From: the human T2T-CHM13v2.0 reference genome, Homo sapiens
Assembly (NCBI RefSeq): GCF_009914755.1
Contig: NC_060947.1
Direction: 5' to 3' (one strand)
DNA length: 64,000 bases
A program made the position numbers and the translations under genes. Positions 28,633 to 41,930 of the stretch are shown here, one piece after another. The notes under the pieces were generated by a model. The model did no database searches and had not been told where the DNA came from. It worked only from the letters and a program-made list of their open reading frames with translations. Positions within the stretch are counted from its first letter, which is position 1. The number at the start of each line of letters is the position of its first letter.

Positions 28633-29699
28633 TCTATTTTTATTGCATTGTGGTTGGAGAGTATGCTTGGTATGATTTTGATTTTTTTTGAAATTTTCTG
28701 AGGATTTTTTTAAAAGGCTGGTTGTGTAGTTGATTTTAGAGTATGTGGCATGTGCAGATAAGAAGGATGTATATTCTGTTGTTTTGTGTGGAGAGATCTA
28801 TAGATGTCTGTTGGGCCCATTTGGTCAAATGTTGAGTTCAGGTCCCAAATAGCTTTGTTAGTTTTTCTGCCATGATGATCTAGTACTGTCAATGGAGCAT
28901 TGAAGCCCCCTAATATTATTGTGTGGTTATCTAAGTCTCTTTGTATTTGCCTAAGAACTTGTTTTATGAATCTGGGTGCTCCTGTGTTGGTTGCATATAT
29001 ATTTAGGTTATTTAGGTCTTCTTGTTGAATTGAGCCCTTAACCATTATGTAATGCCCTTGTCTTTTTTGATGGTTGTTGGTTTTAAATCTGCTTTTTTTC
29101 TGAAATTAGAATAATGAATCCTGCTTTTTTCTGTTTTCCATTTGCTTGGTAGATTTTTCTCCATCCCTTTACTTTGAGGCTATGGGTTTCACTGTGTGTG
29201 AGATGGGCCTCTTGAAGACAGCATATCAGTGGGTTTTGTTTCTTTATCCAACTTGCCACTTTGTGACTTGGGCATTTAGTCAATTTACATTCAAGGTTAG
29301 TATTAATATTGATAAATATGAATTTAATCCTGTCATCATATTGTTAGCTGGTTATTATGCAGACTTGTTTGTGTGGTTGCTTTATATTTTTCTCATCTGT
29401 GTGGGCTGATGTTCCTTCAATCTTTGAAGTTGTCCTTTGGATGGGTTTTTTTTTCTTTTAATTTCTTTGATGCCCTTAAGTGTTTGATTGCCATATAAAC
29501 TGGGTTCAGTCTACTGGCTTTGATTTTAGTGTGCTCCTGGATCTTGGAGGAGCCCCCTTCAATTACTGTCTGCATGCCCATGTTTCTTTTGTTGGGTGTT
29601 CTGGTCCACAGCGCTCCTTTTGGTAGGATCTGCTGTTAGCAGACATACTATATCCTTGCCAAGGTGGTGCTGATTTGCTGCCTGAGTGCTTCCTGCAGG

Positions 29700-30480
29700 G
29701 GGACATGGGGTTGTGCCTGCTTGCAGAGTTCAGACAGAAGGGGAAACCTTGGACTGGAAGCTCTTATAGGTGTGGTCTATCTGGTTACAAGGGGCAGGAA
29801 TAGGTTGAGTTGCCTGAGATGTCATCTGAGTGTTTCCAGGAAAACACGAGGTGGTGCCCCTCAGCAAATTCAGGCAGAGGTAGGACCTGTAGGCTGGAAT
29901 CTCCAGCAGGCATGCCTCACCTGGCTATGAGAGGCAAGGGTGGGTGGAGTCACCAACCCTGCTGTCCAGGTGTTTCCCAGGACAACAGGAGGCTGTGCCC
30001 ACCAGCTAAATTCAGATAGAATTGAGACTGCTGGGCTGGAAGCTCTAGCCAGCATTGCCTTCCTGTCTACCAGCAGTGGGGATGGATGGGGTCATCTGTC
30101 CTGCCGTCTGGGTGTTTACCAGGATAACAGGAGTCTGAGCATACTAGCTGGGTTTAGGCAGAAGACAGATCACTGGGCTAAAAGGTCTAGCAGGCATTAC
30201 CTGTCTGGCTACCAGTGGTGGGGGTGAGTGAGGTCACATGCCCTGCTGTCCATGTGCTTCCTGTGACAGCAGGAGGCTGCATCCACCAGGTGAGTTCACA
30301 GACAAGTGGGACTGCTGGGACAGAAGCTTTAGCAGGCATTGTATGCCTGGCTACCAGTGGTGGGGTTGGGTGGGGTCACCAACTCTGACATTTGGATGCA
30401 TCCCAAGACAACAAAAATTGCTAGATGAGTTCAGGCAGAAGTGGAACCACTGGGCCAGAAGCTGGTGCCAAGCCCCATCT
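29700..30480. repeat. Diverged ~141-bp tandem array (5-6 units) in the L1PA15/16 5'UTR
   Basis: Anchor resembling ttcagRcagaag at 29729, 29869, 30011, 30153, 30295, 30430. Confidence 0.85.
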
Positions 30481-32152
30481 GGTGAGGGGGGATGGAACAA
30501 TCTTTCTGTTCCCAGCACTGCAAGTGCAGCCTCTACTGGGGCTATGGCACTAGTGCTGGTCTGCTCCAGGGTCCAAGGATTGTAGAGCCCCCACCCCAGG
30601 ACTCAGGAGTTGCCCCTGCAAAATGTCTAGGTGGCTCTCTGGCTGAGTCTAGAAGTGCAGTGGGGAGAAGTGCAGGGGGTGAGGGGAATTTTCCCATTCC
30701 CAGTCTTGCACAGGTCCCTGTGGAGAGCATGAATCCCCCAGGGGTATCTCACTCACTCACCCTTTCACATGCTGGAGAGGTTCTCCTGGCCCCCTGCTTA
30801 GCCCAGAAAGGCTGGTGCCAAGCTTCACTCCTCTCTGCTCTCTGTGGCCCCCTACTGCCTTGATGGATCCCAACGTGGTGTCTGAGATGATTGTCCTGCA
30901 GTGTCAGTGTTCACTAGCCCTATTGTTTCCTCTCCATGAGAGCAGTGAACAGGAACTGCTTCTAGTCTGCCATCTTGACCCCTCCCCCCTGCCTTTTTTT
31001 ATTATAGCCATCCTAGTGGGTGTGAAATGGTAGATCACTGTGGTTCTAATTTTCATTTCCCTAGTGGATAATGATGTTGAGCATCTTTTTATGTATTTAT
31101 TGGCCATTTGTATATATTCTTTGGAAAAATGTTTATTCAGATTCTTTTTGCATTTTAATTGACTTATGTCTTCTTATTATTGAGCTGAAAGTGTTCTTAT
31201 ATATTCTACATTAAATTCTTTTGGCAAAAATGTAATTTGCCAATATTTTCTCCCATTCTTTAGGTTCTCATTTTACTTTCTTGACAACACACAAAAGACC
31301 TTAATTTTTATGAAGTCCAATTTATCTATTTCTGCTTTCTCCCCTTGTGCTATTGATGTCATATCTCAGAAACTATTGTCTAATCCACAAAGATTTATGT
31401 ATATGTTTTCTTCTAAGAGTTTTATAGCTTTAGCACTTACATGTAAGTCTATGATCGATTCGACTTAATGTTTTTACAAGGGGTGAGGTAGGCATCCAGC
31501 CACATTATTTTGCAGATGAATATCCAGTTGTCCCAGTACCATGTGTTGAGAAAAAGACTTGTTTCTCCATCAGATTGTCCTGGTACTCTTATTGAAAAGC
31601 AAATGACTCTCAATTGCATTCCACTGATTTATATTTCTATTTTTAAACCAGTACCACACTGTCTTGATTACTGTATCTTTGTAGTAAATTTTGAAATCAG
31701 GAAGTGTGCATCCTCTAGCTTTTTTCTTTTTCAAGAATGTTTTGGATTCTTGAATTTTCTTATAAATTTTATGATCAGCTTGTCAATTCATGTAATGAAT
31801 CCAGCTGGAATTTTGATGGGGTCTATAGATCAATTTGAGGAGTATTGCCACCTTAACAATACTAAAATTCTTGATCCATGAACATGGGATGTCTTTTCAT
31901 TTATTTAAGTCTTCTTTCATATTTTATAGCAATTTTAGAATATAAGTTTCACACTTCTTTTGTTAAATTTCTTCCTAAATATTTTACTATTTTTGGTGCT
32001 ATTATAAATGGAGTTGTTTAATTTCATGTTTGGACTTCTCATTGCCAGCATGTAAAAATACCAGTGATTTTTTTCTTTTTGATATTGTAGCCTATGATGT
32101 TGTTGAATTTGTTTATTAGCTCTAATAGCGGTTTTTATTGGGGTGGGTATTC

Positions 32153-32311
32153 TTTTTTTCCTTAGATACAGGGTCTCATTCTGTCGCCCAGGCTGGAGTG
32201 CAGTGGCACAATCATAGCTCACTTCAGCCTTGAACTCCTGGGCTGAAGTGATCCTCCCACCTTGGCCTCCCAAAGTGTTAGGATTACAGGCGTGGGTTAG
32301 CACACCTTGGC
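32153..32311 (-). mobile_element. FRAM / free right Alu monomer
   Basis: Single monomer with the right-arm insertion (cccaggctggagtgcagtggc) running to ggcc. Confidence 0.8.
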
Positions 32312-33619
32312 CTTAGGTGTGGATTCTTTAGGGTTTCTGGAATTTAAGATCATGTCATCTGTGAATAGAGATAGTGTTACTTCTTGCTTTCCAATTTGGA
32401 TGCTTTTATTTATTTTTCTTGCCTAATTGCTATGGCTAGAACTTCCATTACAATGTTGAATAGAAGTGATGAAAGTAAACATCTTTGTTTTGTTCCTGAT
32501 CTTATGGGAAAAACTTTCACAGTTGCACAACTGAGTATGATGTTAGCTGTGGGTTTTCATATGTGGCCTTTATTAATGTTGAAGAGGTTCCCTTCTATTC
32601 CTAGTTTACTGAGTATTTTTATCAAGAGACAGTGTTGGATTTTTGTCAAATGCCTTCTTTTTATCAACTGAGATGAAATAAAAACTCCAGAAATAGAAGA
32701 AAATGTTTTTTTAAAGAAAAGAAAAAGAGACACTACTTGCTCTAAGAGCAAGCACAACAGCCTAGGTCACTCTTTCAGCAGACACATTCTTGCTTTGAGA
32801 CCTTCCATCACTTACAGAAAAAAGAAAAATAAGAAAAGTTTTTTAAAAAGCAGAAAAAGGTATAATCAGTGTGGTGGATATTAAGCACACTAATGACCCT
32901 GGTACTTTAGCTACTATAAGTAGAATTCCATTCTCCCAAAATGAAGGCAAAGTCTATATGACACAAGCATTTCTAAATTAATACCAATAGTCCATTTCTT
33001 ACAATGAAATTGTAAAACAATAGCTTATAAAGCTGAAGTCTGTGTGTGAGAATTTCATCTTGGCATAACCTTAAGTTAGAAAGACAGTGAACTCTGCTTT
33101 TCAAAACTTACTCAGTCTCCTCCTAAATCTGAGTTAAACTCTGGGAGAATAGGGAGATGATTTCAATATTTGAGAGATCTTAGAAAGGTCTCTGTATACT
33201 TCTCACTAGGCCCTGACCATTTTAGGGGAATGAGACTAAATCTTACTGACCTTGATACCTCAACATCTAATACAGTTCCTAGCCTAGAAAGAAGGCACTT
33301 ATCTGATAAGCACCTAGGAATCAATGTATGTGCATTGAATGCTTTCTGAGACTCATGTGGTATATAAATGATAGTTCCTAATTACCTAGAGTAAAACACC
33401 TTGGAAAAGTGTTCTCAGCAGATCAGATCAACAGGTCTCAAAGGTTTACAAAGTACCTTCACACTGGAGCATGTAGCTCTGTCTTTCTCTGAGAGATTTT
33501 TCAACAGTTGGTTCTAGTCAAAGCTGAAAGACAGAATCTGACATAAATGTCCGCAAGCATCTTGGCATAACACTACCTGGAATATATTTCCAAATCAAAT
33601 AAATACGCCAATATGTTCT

Positions 33620-34420
33620 CTCTACCCAGCTATTCTATAGGCACTTCAAACTGAACTTTTTACCTTCCATGCAATTCCATTCTGTTCCCTGGAAATCTGA
33701 GTCACCCTTGCATCTCTCATCTCCCTCGTCCAAGTCTACTTTATGTAAAATATCTCGCATGAATATACACTTTTCCCTTTTGTTCCTACTTCTACTACTC
33801 TAGGTGAAACCCTCATTCTCTACCACTGTAGAAGCCTCACCAGTTTCTCTACTTTCAGTCTTGTTGACTCTATTTAATCTTTCATAGCACAGCTGTTGTG
33901 ATCTTTAAAAAATACGAAACTGATCCTATTATTCCCTTGCTAAACAAACATTAATGGCATCTCAAAACTACAGGGAAAGCATCTTCTCTGATCCATTCTT
34001 TCAGCCTCATCTCCTTCCACTTAATTTCCACACATGTGCCCTCTAATCACACTAACCTTCTTAAGATATCCTGAATAGGCCATGCTCAGTCATACACTTA
34101 TGCCTTCACACATTTTATTCTCTTTGCTTGGAATGTCTTTCTATTCTCTCTGACTGGTAAGCTCCTATTTATCCATTAGTCTAATTCATAAGTCAGTTCC
34201 TTTGTGAAGATATCTCTGACTTCCTAAGGCAGGGGTAGTCAATTTGTGCTCTATGTTCTGTATATTGCACTATTGTTGCTTTCATTTAAACATCTCTGGC
34301 TCCCCCAGTAAACTTAAGGTTAGGGACTGGTTCTGGGGTGGAATAATCTTTATATCCCCAACCCCTTGCAAAGCACTTGGTACAAAGCAGGTATTCTGAA
34401 AATATTTGTCAATGATCAAT
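33620..34420 (+). mobile_element. L2 fragment
   Basis: ggcacttcaaactgaac...tttgcttggaatgtc...gcacttggtacaaagcagg. Confidence 0.6.
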
Positions 34421-36186
34421 CCTTCAACAATATAGTCTTGCTATTGAGCCTGTCAGCAAAGTGACACTGCAAATGAATAGAAACCTTATAAACACATGGA
34501 TTCAGATACCCACAGTGATGGATCTTGGTTTTAATTCAAGACCCCTTTTTGCACAGATAAAGGGGTAATGTTTTCTCCCATTAGACAAATTCATTTTGAG
34601 TTGAGAAGAATTTTGAAATATATAAAATATAATATTAGTCTTTCTCTTCAAATTTACAAACAAATAGGAAGCCGAAGATGAAAACTCACTTCTTTAAGTA
34701 AATTACTTTTAGTTTTTGGGTGAAAAGGGACTTGATTTTTATTTAAAATTATGGTTACTACACATACACTTATCACTAAGTAAAAACACTTTGAAAGTTC
34801 ATATTCGTGTCTTTTTAAAATAATTATATATGTTTTAGCAAAGGAAAAATTCCTAGAATAAGTTGGTCATTTTTGTTAACATAAAACACCATCATTCTCT
34901 TTTTAAATACAGTCTGGCAAAAAATAACTCAGCAATATTCATGACTAGCCAACTGAATAGTAAATGACATGTCTCCCAATGACCTCACAAGTATCTACTT
35001 CAATTAGCTCTGGCAAATTTTAAGAAACCATTACTTAGTTTCCTTATGTAGATGCAAAATTAATCTGAAGGGTAAAAAAGTGAGTCATTGCTTTAAATTG
35101 TACTATTATGTACCTTCTAAAATGAAGCCTAAATCTACTGCTGAGTTGAATAACTTGCATTAAGGCTACAGCAAACAACAAGAAAGCACTTTTCCAAGAA
35201 AAATGTCAGGGATGTAGTTAATAATCTGAGATGGAGGGTCAGTCTCAATGACCTCTAATTTCCCTTTCAATGCCAATATTTTATGGTTCTAGGAAATCAC
35301 GTCTTCCTAACCTGTGATTTGAATATATTTACTTTAAACAAAATCTGCCTTACCATGAAGCACATTTGTTAATCAAATCACATTTTCAATGCCTTTCATT
35401 ACAAAACCAGAAATGGCTTCTCTAATAGGAAGAATTGGGACCAAATGACAAATTTTAAAACACACACTTAATAATGCAGGAACTCATTTAAAATGACAGA
35501 GTTACAGGGGAAAAACAGGTCATTTTCTGATAAGTATTAATAACAATTCTCAGTACAAATCAAAAAGTACAAAGAGTACCCTGTGTTGAAAAAATGAGCG
35601 TGAGATCAGAAATTAAGTATCTCTAGTAAACATCCTTTTGAAACAAAAAGCTATTGGTCTCTTTTTATGTAATCAAGGATTTTTGAGCTGTTTATAATTT
35701 AAGCTACAATCCCTTTTAATACAATGAGGATGAAGTTTTCCTTAAAAATCATTCCTTAACTTATGATTTCTTTCACGGCCAATTTCCCCACATGGTGGCT
35801 TTCTCTCAGGTATAGAAAACCTCAAACAAGGCTTTGAGAGGAATATAACATAGTTAGTGGAGGTTACTGGCTCTGTTATCAGTTAGTCTTGGGGATTCAG
35901 ATCCCTCATGACCTTAGACAAGCTCCTTAAAGTAACCAAAACTGTTTCACCAGCTATAAAATGGATTGTAATAAGGATTACATGAAACAACTGTTTTCAA
36001 ATAATGTGATCAATAATTATTATTATTAGGGTGAACACCAAAAATGATCATTAACATTTGGACTGCTTGAAACTGTTAACAGGTAGAGTTCTTTCAATTA
36101 AAAATATTCATTAAAAAAACTTTTCCATACAACTTTGTTTCTTGTTCTTACATAAAGAGATAAACAGAAAAGGACAGAGACTTTTA

Positions 36187-36586
36187 TTTTTATCATACTT
36201 TAAGTTCTGGGATACATGTGCAGAATGTGCAGGTGTGTTACATAGGTATACATGTGCCATAGGTATACATGTACAATGGTATACATTTGCTGCACCCATC
36301 AACCCATCATCTAGGTTTTAAGCCCCGCATGCATTAGGTATTTGTCCTAATGCTCTCTCTCCTCTTGCCCTCCACCCCCCAACAGGCCCTGGTGTGTGAT
36401 GTTCCCCTCCCTGTGTCCATGTGTTCTCAGTGTTCAACTCCCACTTATGAGTGAGAACATGTGGTGTTTGGTTTTCTGTTCTTTGTTAGTTTTCTGAGAA
36501 TGATGGTTTCCAGCTTCATCCATGTCCCGGCAAAGGACAAGAACTCATTCTTTTTTATGGCTGCATAGTATTCCATGGTGTATATG
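36187..36586 (-). mobile_element. L1PA8-type 3' end, 5'-truncated
   Basis: ctaggttttaagccccgcatgcattagg; TSD aaggRcagagactttta at 36170-36186 and 36587-36603. Confidence 0.9.
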
Positions 36587-37354
36587 AAGGGCAGAGACTT
36601 TTAAAGGTCACAAATGCCATCCAATGAGAGTTGCTAGAGATTTTAGCTGTCCACTTAGATTTACGAACTTAATTTTACTCTATGATTAATTTTTTACTAT
36701 AGGAAGGGGCAATATGGCCTTCCCATTTCACTTAACAAAAATAGGAAACACAATGAAAATCAGTGGTTTAAGTTATAACCAATAAAAGCTGATTAATTCA
36801 CAGAACGAGTAGTTATTAATCCAGTGTTTATTATGTGCAAAGTCCAAGGCAGATTCACCCCAAAGAGGACTCAAATGAGAAAAATGTCCTGTTTGCCCTC
36901 AAGGAGCTTATAGTGTAGTAATCTGTGAGATAAAAAAACACAACTTTAGTGCAGGGCCTAATGTGCTGAGTGCAAATAGATTAGCACAAAGTGTGATAAA
37001 TTTTTCCTAATGTCTTGAAACATTTTCTGGATGTAGCAAAGATTCTTCAGTCATTTAAAATATTAATCCATGTATCTTAACTAAAGATTCAGAATCTTTC
37101 TACCTCTTACTCATTTGCAACAAAAACAGCTGAGGTCTGTCTTTAGTTTTCCATGCAAATTGGGAAGGGCAGAATGTTCTCACATAAGGTAAGGTCTCAC
37201 TTTTTGTTATGGTTTTAACTGGTTTCCCACAACGTTCTATTGTTTCATCTTATTATTTCTACAGAGAGCCAAATGGGCTGTCAATTTTCTGGCAGGTTCA
37301 GTCTGCCTCTTTGAATGAAACTAGGCAGATTAACAGGTTTCTACCTCTCTAAAT

Positions 37355-37685
37355 CAGGAGTCCCCAACTCCCAGGCCACAGAAGAGTACAGATGTATGTC
37401 TTGTTAGAAACTGGGCCAGGCAGCAGGAAGTGAGCAGCGGGGGAGTGAGTTCCGCCTCCTGTCAGATTAGTGGCGGCATTAGATTCTCATAGGAGCAAGA
37501 ACCCTATTGTGAACTACACATGTGAGCGATCTAGGTTGCACACTTCTTATGAGAATCTAATATCTGATGATCTGAGGTGGAACAGTTTCATCCTGAATCC
37601 ATTCCCCCCATCCCCCGCCACCGTCCATGGAAAAATTGTCTTCCAGGAAACCAGTCCTTGGTGCCAAAAAGGTTGGAGATCACTG
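37355..37685 (+). mobile_element. MER1B hAT-Charlie MITE
   Basis: TIRs caggagtccccaac / ggttggagatcactg; 8-bp TSD ctctaaat / ctctaagt. Confidence 0.92.
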
Positions 37686-37834
37686 CTCTAAGTGATGTAA
37701 TTAAGGTGGTGATTTGTGGTGGTAAGAACAAGGACAGTATTGGAAACCTGGGTTCGAGTATTGGTTCTATTACTAACAAGCTATGTGACCTTAAAAGACA
37801 TTTCCCTCTCTATGCCTTCATTTCCTCATCTATC

Positions 37835-38195
37835 CTTTTTTTGGTGTGATGAGAACATTTAAGATCTATGTTCTCAGCAATTATCAAGTATATATCATTA
37901 ACTATAGTCACCATGCTATACGTTAGACCTCTAGAACTTATTCATCCTGTTAAATTAAAATTTTGCACGGTTTGACCAACATCTCCCAAGTCCTTCACTC
38001 CCCCCAGCTCCCGGGAACTATCATTCTACTCTCTGCTTGTATGAGTTCCACTTTTCTAGATTCCACATATAACTGAGATCATGCAGTATTTGTATTTCTG
38101 TGCCTGGCTTATTTCACTTTGTATAATGTCCTCCAGGTTCATCCATGTTGTTGCAAATGACAGAATTTCTTTTTAAGGTTGAATAATGTTTCATT

Positions 38196-38249
<54 letters not shown>

Positions 38250-39015
38250 GATGGACACTTAGGTTGATTCCATATCTTGGCTATTGTGAATAATGTTACA
38301 ATGAACGTGGGAGTGCAGATATCTCTTCAACATACTGATTTCATTTCCTTTGGCTATAATCCCGTGAGTGGGATTGCTGGATCATATGGTAATTCCATTT
38401 TTAAGTTTTTGAGGAACCTTCATACCATTGTCAATAATGGCTGTACTAATTTACATTCCGACCAAAAGCATGCAAGTGTTTCCTTTTCTGCACATCCTCA
38501 CCAACACTTGTTATAGTTCATCTTTTTGATAATATCCATCCTAACAGGTATGAGGTGATAGTTTATTGTGTTTTCTTTTAAATTTAATTTAATTTTGTCT
38601 TATGTTCTGGGATACATGTGCAGGACATGCAGGTTTGTTACACAGGTAAACATGTGCCAAGGTGGTTTGCTGCACCTGTCAACCCATCAACTAGGTATTA
38701 AGCCTGGCATGCATTAGCTACTTATCCTGATGCTCTCCATCTCCCTGGAGATGACAGGCCCCAGTGTGTGTTGTTTCCCTCCCTGTGTCCATGGTCATTG
38801 TGATTTTAATTTGCATTACATTTGATGATTAGTGATGTTGACCATTTTTTCATATACCTGTTGGCCATTTGTATGTCTTCTTTTGAGAAATATCTATGCA
38901 GGTCTTTTTCTCATTTTTAAATTGGCCTGTTTTCATCCTATTGAGTTCTTTGTGTTCCTCACAAATTTTAGATATTAACCCCTTATCAGATGTATGTATG
39001 TATGGTCTGTAAATA
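37835..39015 (-). mobile_element. L1MA (7-9)-type 3' fragment with a nested L1PA8A/10-type 3' end (~38575-38795)
   Basis: gagaacatttaagatcta...attaactatagtcaccatgct; nested ctaggtattaagcctggcatgcattagct. Confidence 0.8.
38198..38246. repeat. (TA)n(CA)n microsatellite
   Basis: Directly visible. Confidence 0.95.
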
Positions 39016-39374
39016 TTGTTGGGGTCTGTTGTTATCCAGAGTGATGGTATTCTTTAATAAATTGGGATTGTGATAATCCTAAACGAAGCTTGCAGATTCT
39101 TAGCTAAAGACTTTTAGTTATATCATCTGGATGAAATATTCAAGGTTCTTGTAATCACCTCTTCTAACTTCACTCTCTCTTTACAAAATGATAAAATTTC
39201 CACTAGCTTAGAGGTGGGGTTTCCGGATAGCATAGTACAAGAGGGAACAAGAAGATGGTGATGATAAATAGTGTTGAAGATGTCTAGGGAATTTAGGAAG
39301 TAAATTGATATAGTCCAGCTTCCTCATTCTACAGTTTAGGAAAGAGAGCCTGACAATGGAGATAAATTAAGATA

Positions 39375-39575
39375 AGAATAACAACAGCTAGCATTTACAA
39401 GTTGCCGACTGTGTGCCAGGCACTGTCCTAAGTGCTTGACATGCATTATCTCATTTAATACCCACAATAATACTCTAGAGTAGGTACTATTATACCCATT
39501 TTACAGATGAGAAAACTGGAACACAGGGAGGTTAACTTGCTCAAGGTCACATAATTAGAGGGTAATAGAAACTAA
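39375..39575 (-). mobile_element. MIR SINE
   Basis: tgtgtgccaggcactgtcctaagtgc...cccattttacagatgagaaaactg..ttgctcaaggtcaca. Confidence 0.85.
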
Positions 39576-39614
39576 ATAATGCAAAAAAAATCTCTCTGGC
39601 ATATTTTTCCTTCT

Positions 39615-41055
39615 TTTTTTATGTTTCATGTCTCTTTTATTTATTTTATTTTTTTTTATTATTATACTTTAAGTTTTAGGGTACATGTGCACAATGTGCA
39701 GGTTAATTACAAATGTATACATCTGCCATGCTGGTGTGCTGCACCCATTAACTCGTCATTTAGCATTAGGTATATCTCCTAAAGCTATACCTCCCCCCTC
39801 CCCCCACCCCACAACAGTCCCCACAGTGTGATGTTCCCCTTCCTGTGTCCATGTGTTCTCTTTGTTCAATTCCCACCTATGAGTGAGAATATGTGGTATC
39901 TGGTTTTTTGTTCTTGCAATAGTTTACTGAGAATGATGATTTCCAATTTCATCCATGTCCCTACAAAGGACATGAACTCATCATTTTTTATGGCTGCATA
40001 GTATTCCATGGTGTATATGTGCCTCATTTTCTTAATCCAGTTTATCATTGTTGGACATTTGGGTTGGTTCCGAGTCTTTGCTATTGTGAATAGTGCTGCA
40101 ATAAACATACGTGTGCATGTGTCTTTATAGCAGCATGATTTATAGTCCTTTGGGTATATACCCAGTAATGGGATGGCTGGGTCAAATGGTATTTCTAGTT
40201 CTAGATACCTGAGAAATCACCACACTGACTTCCACAAGGGTTGAACTAGTTTACAGTCCCACCAACTGTGTAAAAGTGTTCCTATTTCTCCACATCCTCT
40301 CCAGCACCTGTTGTTTCCTGACTTTTTAATGATTGCCATTCTAACTGGTGTGAGACGGTATCTCATTGTGGTTTTGATTTGCATTTCTCTGATGGCCAGT
40401 GATGGTGACCATTTTTTTCATGTGTTTTTTGTCTGCATAAATGTCTTCTTTTGAGAAGTGTCTGTTCATGTCCTTCGCCCACTTTTTGATGGGGTTGTTT
40501 GTTTATTCTTGTAAATTTGTTAGAGTTCATTGTAGATTCTGGATATTAGCCCTTTGTCAGATGAGTAGGTTGCAAAAATTTTCTCCCATTCTGTAGGTTG
40601 CCTGTTCACTCTGATGGTAGTTTCTTTTGCTGTGCAGAAGCTCTTTAGTTTAATTAGATCCCATTTGTCAATTTTGGCTTTTGATGCCATTGCTTTTGGT
40701 GTTTTAGACATGAAGTCCTTGTCCATGCCTATGTCCTGAATGGAATTGCCTAGGTTTTCTTCTAGGGTTTTTATGGTTTTAGGTCTAACGTTTAAGTCTT
40801 TAATCCATCTTGAATTAATATTTGTATAAGGTGTAAGGAAGGGATCCAGTTTCAGCTTTCTACATCTGGCTAGCCAGTATTCCCAGCACCATTTATTAAA
40901 TAGGGAATCATTTCCCCATTGTTTGTTTTTCTCAGGTTTGTCAAAGATCAGATAGTTGTAGATATGCAGAGTTATTTCTGAGGGCTCTGCTCTGTTCCAT
41001 TGGTCTATATCTCTGTTTTGGTACCAGTACCATGCTGTTTTGGTTACTGTAGCCA
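39615..41055 (-). mobile_element. L1PA3-type insertion (copy B): non-inverted 3' segment with poly(A)
   Basis: ORF2 C-terminal fragments 39866-40108 and 40520-41056; 3'UTR; left TSD ggcatatttttccttct at 39598-39614. Confidence 0.95.
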
Positions 41056-41930
41056 CCCTGTGTGAGCAGAAACAGGGCGAGGCATTGCCGCACTCAGGAA
41101 GTGCAAGGGGTCAGGGAGTTCCCTTTCCTAGTCAAAGAAAGGGGTGACAGACGGCACCTGGAAAATCGGGTCACTCCCACCTGAATACTGCACTTTTCCG
41201 ATGGGCTTAAAAAATGGCACACCAGGGGATTATATCCCGCACCTGACTCGGAGGGTCCTACACCCATGGAGTCTCACTGATTGCTAGCACAGCAGTCTGA
41301 TATCAAACTGCAAGGTGGCAGCGAGGCTGGGGGAGGGGAGCCCACCATTGCCCAGGCTTGCTTAGGTAAACAAAGCAGCTGGGAAGGTCGAACTGGGTGA
41401 AGCCCACCACAGCTCAAGGAGGCCTGCCTGCCTCTGTAGGCTCCACCTCTGGGGGCAGGGCACAGACAAACACAAAGACAGCAGTAACCTCTGCAGACTT
41501 AAATGTCCCTGTTTGACAGCTTTGAAGAGAGCAGTGGTTCTCTCAGCATGCAGCTTGAGATCTGAGAATGGGCAGACTGCCTCCTCAAGTGGGTCCCTGA
41601 CCCCTGACCCCGGAGCAGCCTAACTGGGAGGCACCCCCCAGTAGGGGCAAACTGACACCTCACACGGCCGGGTACTCCTCTGAGACAAAACTTACAGAGG
41701 AACCATCAGACAGCAGCATTTGTGTTCATGAAAATCAGCTGTTCTGCAGCCACCGCTGCTGGTACCCAGGCAAACAGGGTCTGGAGTGGACCTCTAGCAA
41801 ACACCAACAGACCTGCAGCTGAGGGTCCTGTCTGTTACAAGGAAAACTAACAAACAGAAAGGACATCCACACCAAAAACCCATCTGTACATCACCATCAT
41901 CAAAGACCAAAAGTAGATAAAACCACAAAG

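Larger units (their letters stand above)
25195..30988 (-). mobile_element. L1PA15/16-type LINE-1 with both ends present, degenerate ORF2, ORF1 apparently largely deleted near 29385
   Basis: Diagnostic 3'UTR (gataaattgcatgtcatgggg); ORF2 fragments in the ORF track (EN 28710-29283); 5' end ggggagggg-tcaagatggc with YY1-type motif. Confidence 0.85.
24505..32675 (-). mobile_element. L1MB7/8-type element (24505-25190 and 30990-32675), split by a nested L1PA15/16 and a FRAM
   Basis: L1MB-type 3' end (tttattgagatgtaatt...cacccccaaaagaaac); host sequence resumes (ttattatctg...ttatagccatcctagtggg) after the nested L1. Confidence 0.8.

Noticed and set aside
29700-30480. Regularly spaced repeats as a CRISPR-like array
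   Set aside because: Whole units are homologous with no unique spacers, the array lies inside a mammalian L1 5'UTR, and there are no cas genes.
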